NCBI GenBank assembly: GCA_050013715.1
Contig: JBEKES010000012.1
Coordinates: forward strand, 1 to 21,723
DNA: 21,723 bases
Reading direction: 5' to 3'
From: Candidatus Micrarchaeaceae archaeon
GTDB taxonomy: Archaea > Micrarchaeota > Micrarchaeia > Micrarchaeales > Micrarchaeaceae
Both the position numbers and the translations under genes were made by a program. The notes below the pieces were generated by a model that worked only from the letters and a program-made list of their open reading frames with translations, had not been told where the DNA came from and did no database searches. Below, in pieces: positions 16,083-21,723 of this stretch (positions within the stretch are counted from its first letter, which is position 1; every line of letters starts with the position of its first letter).

Positions 16083-16193
16083 TTTAATCCCAATACATTT
16101 ATGGTTTTTTAAAAATAAAAATATACCTTTACAATAAAAAGTTTTTAATAATGGCGCTTTTATATATAAACAAACAATCAGCAGTGAATCAGC

Positions 16194-19100
16194 ATGTATA
16201 ATCAGGGACCTTCTACACCAGACCAACCTAATCAATCTAATCAACCCATACAACCCAGCCCTGCTCCTGTTGACCCTTCAACTCAGCAAACAACAGTTCA
16301 ACAACCAACAGCAGTTCAGCAACCTGCACCACAGCAAACAACTCCACAGCCTAATCCTCAAACTTTGCCTCCTCAACCTCCTAAACCACAACAAATACCA
16401 ACAAAGAAGAAGTCAAGCATATTGCCTTTTGTCATTATTGCAGTTGTTGTAATAATTGCAATAGGCGCCTTTGGCTTTCTATATGTTAATGGCTCAATTC
16501 TAAAAACAACAACGACATCCTCTGCGACTACAACTGCGGTTAAAAACATATATGCAATATCAAACTGTGAAAACATAAACAGCCCTGGAAGCTACTTTGT
16601 GGAATCAGGCATAAAGACCGGAATAACAAGCGGTGCATGCATAAACATAACCTCAGATAATGTGAATTTAGTGTGCAACAGCAACAAGATAACTGGTTCA
16701 GGTCCTTTTGTTGGATATGCTCCATTTACTTACGGCATTGAAATAGATGGAAAGCAAAATGTAACAATATCTGGATGCGATGTAAGGAACTTCTCTTATG
16801 GTGTTTTTGCACTCTCTTCTCAGAATATAAATCTTATCACAAACAATTTCTCAATAAACTACGTTTCCAATATTTATCTCAACAATACTCACCAAAGCGC
16901 AATATATCAGAATTATCTTTCCAGGTCTTCAAGCACGCAAGGCTCATTGTACCTTACTAATGGAACAACAGGCATTACCGTATACAACAACACAATACAG
17001 TATGACCAGTATTACGGAATAAATGTAAACTCCTCTAACAACGTATTCAAGAACAATTACATAAATGGAACTCAATACTCTTTCTACTGCAGTGCTGCAA
17101 ATGGCTTTGTTAAAAGCAGCCTTGGTCTTTCAAACAGTTGCTACAATGACAGCGGCTGCGGCTTCCTGACCTGCAAAGGCATAAACACGCCTGCAAACCT
17201 TTCCAAGATAATACTAAATAACCAGATAAGCACCTGCGGCTCCATAAGAAATTCTGGCACCTATTCGCTTGATTCTAATTTGTACATGAACCAGTTTGTA
17301 AATACGTCCAATCCATTAAGCTCTACAATGGCATGCATATCGATAAACGCAAAGAATGTTGTCCTCAATTGCAAGGGCCTGGGCATCTACAACTCAACAA
17401 CTGCAATAGTTGCAGCGTTATCTACCAATGTAACCGTAGAGAATTGCGATGTAAAGAATTCGCAGAATGCAGGAATAGTGCTCTACAACTCAAGCCAGGT
17501 GCATCTGTATAATCTTAGCATAGTAAGCGACTTTGACGGAATCGAAATTGTTAATTCAACCGTTGATACGCTTGAGAATGTCAGTGCTACTCAGAACTAC
17601 TATGGCATATTGCTGTCAGGGTCCTATTCCAATTCGTTCATCAATCTGAATTCAACGCACAATACCTATGGTTTATATGTCACAAACGGCTCGCTTTCAA
17701 ACAGCTTCCTAAAGGCTATAATCGAAAACAACTCTAATATTGATGTATATGCCTCTCCAGATTCCTCAGGCGCGACGCTCAATCTTATGCAATCGACAAA
17801 ATGCGGCTACACAAATGCGGTATGGGCCGGATGCACCCATTTCGTGGAAACTGCACTTTCCTATGTTCCGATAAATTCCTGCAGTTCCATAAGCGCCCCT
17901 GGAAACTATCTTCTCACAACAAGCGTACTGAATGCTGGTTCACAATGCATAAAAATACTCTCAAGCAATGTAAAATTCAGCTGCAAAAACGATACCATAT
18001 CATCGTCATTCTCAACCCAGGGACCGGCAATATCCATAAAGAATGCGAATAACGTAACTGTCAACGAATGCAATGTCAACGGATATACCAGCTCCATAAA
18101 TGCGACCAATTCAACCGATGTGCAGATTACCAATCTAAGAGTAAGCGGCTCCAACTACGGCATAATATTCAACAGAGTAGGAACCAGCTCCATAGTCAAC
18201 GCTACTGTAAATGGAACAAGGAACGCAAGCATTGCGCTTTATTCAAGCTCCTTCAACAAGCTAAAATACAACAACATAACCTATGGGCAGGGCCATGACA
18301 TAGGAATATTGCTAAACAATTCGCTGAGCAACAAGGTATTGAACAATTCGGCAGTGGAAGAATACATAGGCTATCAGATAACTGCGCAATCGCAGAACAA
18401 TACCATATCGAACAATACCGCTGCTTCAAGCGCCTACTACGACTACATATGCAATGGCATGGGAACCAGTTCCATCAATGCAGAAAACGGAGGCATAAAC
18501 TATGGCACTACCAAGATCGGCTGCGAATGGCTTGCCGCAATAACGAAGATAAACCCTGTGATAAACTGCATATCGGTGAACCAGCCAACTCTATATACAT
18601 TGTCTCAGGATGGAGTATATGCAGTAGGAAGCACCTGCATCAGCTCCTTCGGCAGCCAGATCACCATAGACTGCAACGGCCATACCATAATAGCAACAAA
18701 CAACGGCACATTCGCCTCTCTTACAAATTCAGCCAATTCAAAAATATACAACTGTTTGCTTAAAGGGTTCGCCAATCCGATAATTGCCTACAATTCAAGC
18801 ATTGTTGTCCAGAACAACACGATCTTCGGACTCAATAGTAACAGCAATGCCATAAGCATACACGATGTGCCTACCCAAACGGTTGGCATATACATAAACA
18901 ATGTCATAAACGTTCATGATGCGTTTGATCTGTCAAATCTTGGAGCTGCAGAACTTCTCAATAATATAGCATACAATACGGATACTGCCTATTACCTATC
19001 GAACATTAGTGCAGCAAGCATAAAGAACAACACTGCCTATGCAAGCAACAACGGAATAGTGCTTACCAATTCGCAGGAGAACTACTTCCAGAACAACAAC

Positions 19101-19238
19101 TTCCAGGGCTCCAGCAGTGGAATGGAATGTTTATTGAGGTCCATAGGTGCATCAAACAACACTGACTTGTCGAACAACAGATGCAATACAAACCTCAACT
19201 GCCTATGGATAAAAAGCTCCTCTTCCCTATGTCCATAA
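16194..19238 (+). CDS. Membrane-anchored surface glycoprotein with four right-handed beta-helix (NosD/PbH1-like) modules
   Basis: P/Q-rich N-terminus, KKK, one TM (ILPFVIIAVVVIIAIGAFGFLYV), Thr-rich linker, then four modules starting ISNCENINSPGSY / ISTCGSIRNSGTY / INSCSSISAPGNY / INCISVNQPTLY. Many N-x-S/T sequons and GIxL...N repeats. Confidence 0.85.
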   Translation: MYNQGPSTPDQPNQSNQPIQPSPAPVDPSTQQTTVQQPTAVQQPAPQQTTPQPNPQTLPPQPPKPQQIPTKKKSSILPFVIIAVVVIIAIGAFGFLYVNGSILKTTTTSSATTTAVKNIYAISNCENINSPGSYFVESGIKTGITSGACINITSDNVNLVCNSNKITGSGPFVGYAPFTYGIEIDGKQNVTISGCDVRNFSYGVFALSSQNINLITNNFSINYVSNIYLNNTHQSAIYQNYLSRSSSTQGSLYLTNGTTGITVYNNTIQYDQYYGINVNSSNNVFKNNYINGTQYSFYCSAANGFVKSSLGLSNSCYNDSGCGFLTCKGINTPANLSKIILNNQISTCGSIRNSGTYSLDSNLYMNQFVNTSNPLSSTMACISINAKNVVLNCKGLGIYNSTTAIVAALSTNVTVENCDVKNSQNAGIVLYNSSQVHLYNLSIVSDFDGIEIVNSTVDTLENVSATQNYYGILLSGSYSNSFINLNSTHNTYGLYVTNGSLSNSFLKAIIENNSNIDVYASPDSSGATLNLMQSTKCGYTNAVWAGCTHFVETALSYVPINSCSSISAPGNYLLTTSVLNAGSQCIKILSSNVKFSCKNDTISSSFSTQGPAISIKNANNVTVNECNVNGYTSSINATNSTDVQITNLRVSGSNYGIIFNRVGTSSIVNATVNGTRNASIALYSSSFNKLKYNNITYGQGHDIGILLNNSLSNKVLNNSAVEEYIGYQITAQSQNNTISNNTAASSAYYDYICNGMGTSSINAENGGINYGTTKIGCEWLAAITKINPVINCISVNQPTLYTLSQDGVYAVGSTCISSFGSQITIDCNGHTIIATNNGTFASLTNSANSKIYNCLLKGFANPIIAYNSSIVVQNNTIFGLNSNSNAISIHDVPTQTVGIYINNVINVHDAFDLSNLGAAELLNNIAYNTDTAYYLSNISAASIKNNTAYASNNGIVLTNSQENYFQNNNFQGSSSGMECLLRSIGASNNTDLSNNRCNTNLNCLWIKSSSSLCP

Positions 19239-19271
19239 ATTGTTTCTCATCCAAATCCCAATGGCGATGAA

Positions 19272-21044
19272 TTGCTGTTCAGCGAACTTGCAGATTATTA
19301 CGACAAACTTGAAGCTATTTCCTCAAGGCTAAAGATGATAGAGGTACTTGGAGAGCTGTTCAAAAAGCTCAATGCCAACGAAATTGAACAGACCATATAC
19401 CTAACGCAGGGCATACTGCTTCCTCCCTATGAAGGACTGGAATTCGGAGTTGCCGAAAAGCTTGTCGAGGAAGCAGCTGCCATGGCAACTGGTTACACAA
19501 AGGAAAGCATAGAAAAGGAATACAAGAAAAGCGGGGATTTGGGCATTACAATCCAAAAGGTGAAATCTGAGACAAAGCTCAAGCGCATTGTTGCAAGGAA
19601 ATACACCATAATAGAAGTTTACGACAAAATGCGGAAAATCGCAGAAACGAATGGCGAAGGAAGCAAGGACAAAAAAGTAAACATGCTTGCTGATCTGATA
19701 ATTGCATCAACTGGCGTTGAAGTGAAATACATAGTAAGGTATCCGCTCGGCCAGCTGAGAACTGGAGTAGGCGATTCCACAATACTTGAAGCGCTTTCCA
19801 TAATGGGAACCGGAGACAGGCAGTTCAAGAAAGCGCTTGAAAGAGCTTACAACATATGCTGCGACCTTGGCATGATAGGAAAGACGCTTGCGGAGAAGGG
19901 CCCAAAGGCGATAGAAAAAATGAACATTACGCTGTTCAAGCCGGTAAGGCCTGCGCTTGCGGAAAGGCTTACAACGGCAGAAGCTATAATAAAAAGATTG
20001 AATGGAAAGACTTCGGTTGAGCAAAAATATGACGGTTTTAGGGTCCAAATCCACAAGGATGGCAGCAAGGTAAAACTCTTCTCCAGAAAACTGGAAAACA
20101 CAACGGAGATGTTCCCCGATTTAGTTAAAGCTGTTAAAGATGAAGTTAATGCAAAGAACATAATATTCGAAGGGGAGGCACTGGCCTTCAACGAAGCTAC
20201 ATCGGAGTACATGCCCTTCCAGGAAACCATACAAAGAAAAAGGAAGCACAATATTGCAGAAACAGCAGAAAAGCTGCCCTTGCACCTGTTCGCCTTTGAC
20301 GTATTGTACCTTAATGACAAGGACATGCTGAGCGAGCCCTATGAGGAAAGAAGGGCAGTGCTCGAGAAACTATTCAATAATGGCACTCTCATAAAGCCTA
20401 CCACAAGAATATTAACAAGCTCGCCAAAGGAACTGGAGGAATTCTTCGAGAAATCCATAGAGAATGGACTGGAGGGTGTTATAGCAAAGGATCTCAAGGC
20501 TCCCTACATTGCAGGTTCAAGGAAATTCTCGTGGATCAAATTAAAGAGAAGCTACAAGGGCGAATTATCCGATACTCTTGATCTTGTAATTGTGGGATAT
20601 TTCCTAGGAAGGGGCAGCAGGGCAGAATTCAAGTTCGGCGGACTGCTCTGTGCTTCATACAACAAGAAAAGGGACATGTTTGAGACGATCTCAAGAATAG
20701 GAACCGGGTTCACCGAAGCGCAGATGCAGGAATTAAATATCAAATTAAGCAAGATAAAGCTGGCGAACAGGCCGGCCAGAGTAGACTCCATAGTAAAGCC
20801 CGACTTCTGGGTAGATCCAAGATACGTTGTAACAATCAATGCCGATGAGATAACAAGGTCGCCAATGCACACATGCGGTAGGTCAAAGCAAGAAAATGGC
20901 ATCGAAACAGGTTATGCACTAAGATTCCCAAGGCTTGTGGGTCCAGAAGCGATAAGAAAAGACAAAGACGCTGAAGATGCAACAACAACTCAGGAAGTAA
21001 TAGAATTATTCAAATTGCAGAAGAAAGTAAGCGTAAAAGAGTAG
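19272..21044 (+). CDS. lig: ATP-dependent DNA ligase (archaeal/eukaryal type)
   Basis: Motif I EQKYDGFR, III FEGE, IIIa FAFDVL, IV EGVIAK, V WIKLK..DLVIVG and VI LRFPR, with an N-terminal DNA-binding domain. TTG start. Confidence 0.97.
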   Translation: MLFSELADYYDKLEAISSRLKMIEVLGELFKKLNANEIEQTIYLTQGILLPPYEGLEFGVAEKLVEEAAAMATGYTKESIEKEYKKSGDLGITIQKVKSETKLKRIVARKYTIIEVYDKMRKIAETNGEGSKDKKVNMLADLIIASTGVEVKYIVRYPLGQLRTGVGDSTILEALSIMGTGDRQFKKALERAYNICCDLGMIGKTLAEKGPKAIEKMNITLFKPVRPALAERLTTAEAIIKRLNGKTSVEQKYDGFRVQIHKDGSKVKLFSRKLENTTEMFPDLVKAVKDEVNAKNIIFEGEALAFNEATSEYMPFQETIQRKRKHNIAETAEKLPLHLFAFDVLYLNDKDMLSEPYEERRAVLEKLFNNGTLIKPTTRILTSSPKELEEFFEKSIENGLEGVIAKDLKAPYIAGSRKFSWIKLKRSYKGELSDTLDLVIVGYFLGRGSRAEFKFGGLLCASYNKKRDMFETISRIGTGFTEAQMQELNIKLSKIKLANRPARVDSIVKPDFWVDPRYVVTINADEITRSPMHTCGRSKQENGIETGYALRFPRLVGPEAIRKDKDAEDATTTQEVIELFKLQKKVSVKE

Positions 21045-21102
21045 CGAAGCAATACTAAAGTTTCATGCAACGCCAATAAAAAAGAGGCTAAAAAGTATTT
21101 TA

Positions 21103-21429
21103 TTATACTTTCCTTATGTTTTCTATGGTTTTGGAGAATTTCTGCACGCTCTTTGTTATGTCCTTTATTTTAGGATTCAACCTGTAGCCAAGCCCGTAGC
21201 CTTTCTCTGTTCTTATGTGCGTAGGCTGTATTACATTAAGGTCAAGCGACAATTCTCTTAGTGTTATTATAAGAGTTTTCCTCGTAAATCTCTTTTCAAG
21301 GATTGCATACAATTCGCGCGTGGTTCTTGGTGACTTTTGAAGAAGCAATGCCATTACTGCATAATTAGGTCTGCTAAGAACTTTTCTAAGCGCCCACACT
21401 TCATCCTTGTCCTTCTCTTTTTTAACCAT
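21103..21429 (-). CDS. Winged helix-turn-helix transcriptional regulator (HxlR/ArsR-like)
   Basis: 108-aa basic protein with a wHTH pattern: LLQKSPRTTREL...TRKTLIITLREL...V...GYRLNP. Confidence 0.65.
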   Translation of the reverse strand: MVKKEKDKDEVWALRKVLSRPNYAVMALLLQKSPRTTRELYAILEKRFTRKTLIITLRELSLDLNVIQPTHIRTEKGYGLGYRLNPKIKDITKSVQKFSKTIENIRKV

Positions 21430-21568
21430 AAGTTATAATTAGAAATAAAGATTTAAAAGCCTTTGTAAATTCCCATATTTTATCAAAAATGTGAGATAAT
21501 CAATTAAATACAAAATTATATATATTTTTACTAAAGTAAATATTACTGCTAATCTGTAAACTGATGTA

Positions 21569-21723
21569 ATGAAAATTCCAGGCGATTTTTTGAATGTGTT
21601 TGAAAATTTTAGGAACAGCAGAGGCAGCAAGGAAAACTTAGTCAAATCAATGGAACTAAAGGAAGATACGAAAAACAATATGCTTTCTGTGCTAGGCAAA
21701 ACAGATCCATTTCTGCTTTCTTT
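21569..21723 (+). CDS. Hypothetical protein, 3'-truncated (MKIPGDFLNVFENFRNSRGSKENLVKSMELKED...)
   Basis: Translated by hand: ATG 21569 is open to the window end. It follows an AT-rich divergent intergenic region with TATA-like elements. Confidence 0.55.
   Translation, partial: MKIPGDFLNVFENFRNSRGSKENLVKSMELKEDTKNNMLSVLGKTDPFLLS

Noticed and set aside
15429..16193. LAGLIDADG gene as part of a tRNA intron, split tRNA or intein
   Set aside because: The tRNA is complete and uninterrupted, no tRNA half is visible upstream of the ORF, and there are no intein splicing motifs.
16220..16400. CAA/CCT-rich repeats
   Set aside because: Coding low-complexity P/Q sequence with no repeat-spacer periodicity, so not a CRISPR array.
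331..20902. Many 60-165 aa ORFs nested in or antisense to the main genes
   Set aside because: They overlap well-supported CDSs entirely and show no recognisable motifs.
21439..21699. 86-aa minus-strand ORF
   Set aside because: Antisense to a more plausible plus-strand ORF starting at 21569, and it runs through the AT-rich promoter region.

Overview
An archaeal chromosomal segment. Evidence for this is an archaeal-type ATP-dependent DNA ligase, a GTPase-degenerate SelB-like factor, a CCA-less tRNA, BRE/TATA promoters and GGTG(A) ribosome-binding sites. Gene content and style suggest a DPANN lineage such as Micrarchaeota (inference). Left to right: partial DEAD-box helicase; membrane protein-cydA-cydB (cytochrome bd) operon; a ~6.7 kb cluster with bacterial-type MEP isoprenoid genes (dxr, ispH-ispG) interleaved with a divergent 6-phosphogluconate-dehydrogenase-like gene, rpe, a tandem two-domain YjbQ-like protein and an orphan; SelB-like factor; a second copy of the membrane protein; a DUF2061-like protein; two tandem diadenylate-cyclase-domain paralogs; an AT-rich patch with an orphan, tRNA-Thr(CGT) and a free-standing LAGLIDADG endonuclease whose ORF ends inside the tRNA anticodon loop; a 1014-aa beta-helix surface glycoprotein; DNA ligase; a winged-HTH regulator; and a partial ORF. 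The best candidate for an undescribed system is the MEP module. It sits under archaeal promoters, two of which share a TACGT-N6-ACGTA motif at identical spacing. It has no dxs/ispD/ispE/ispF in the window, but it does carry pentose-phosphate-like and uncharacterised enzymes. All product calls come from motif recognition by eye; no searches were run.
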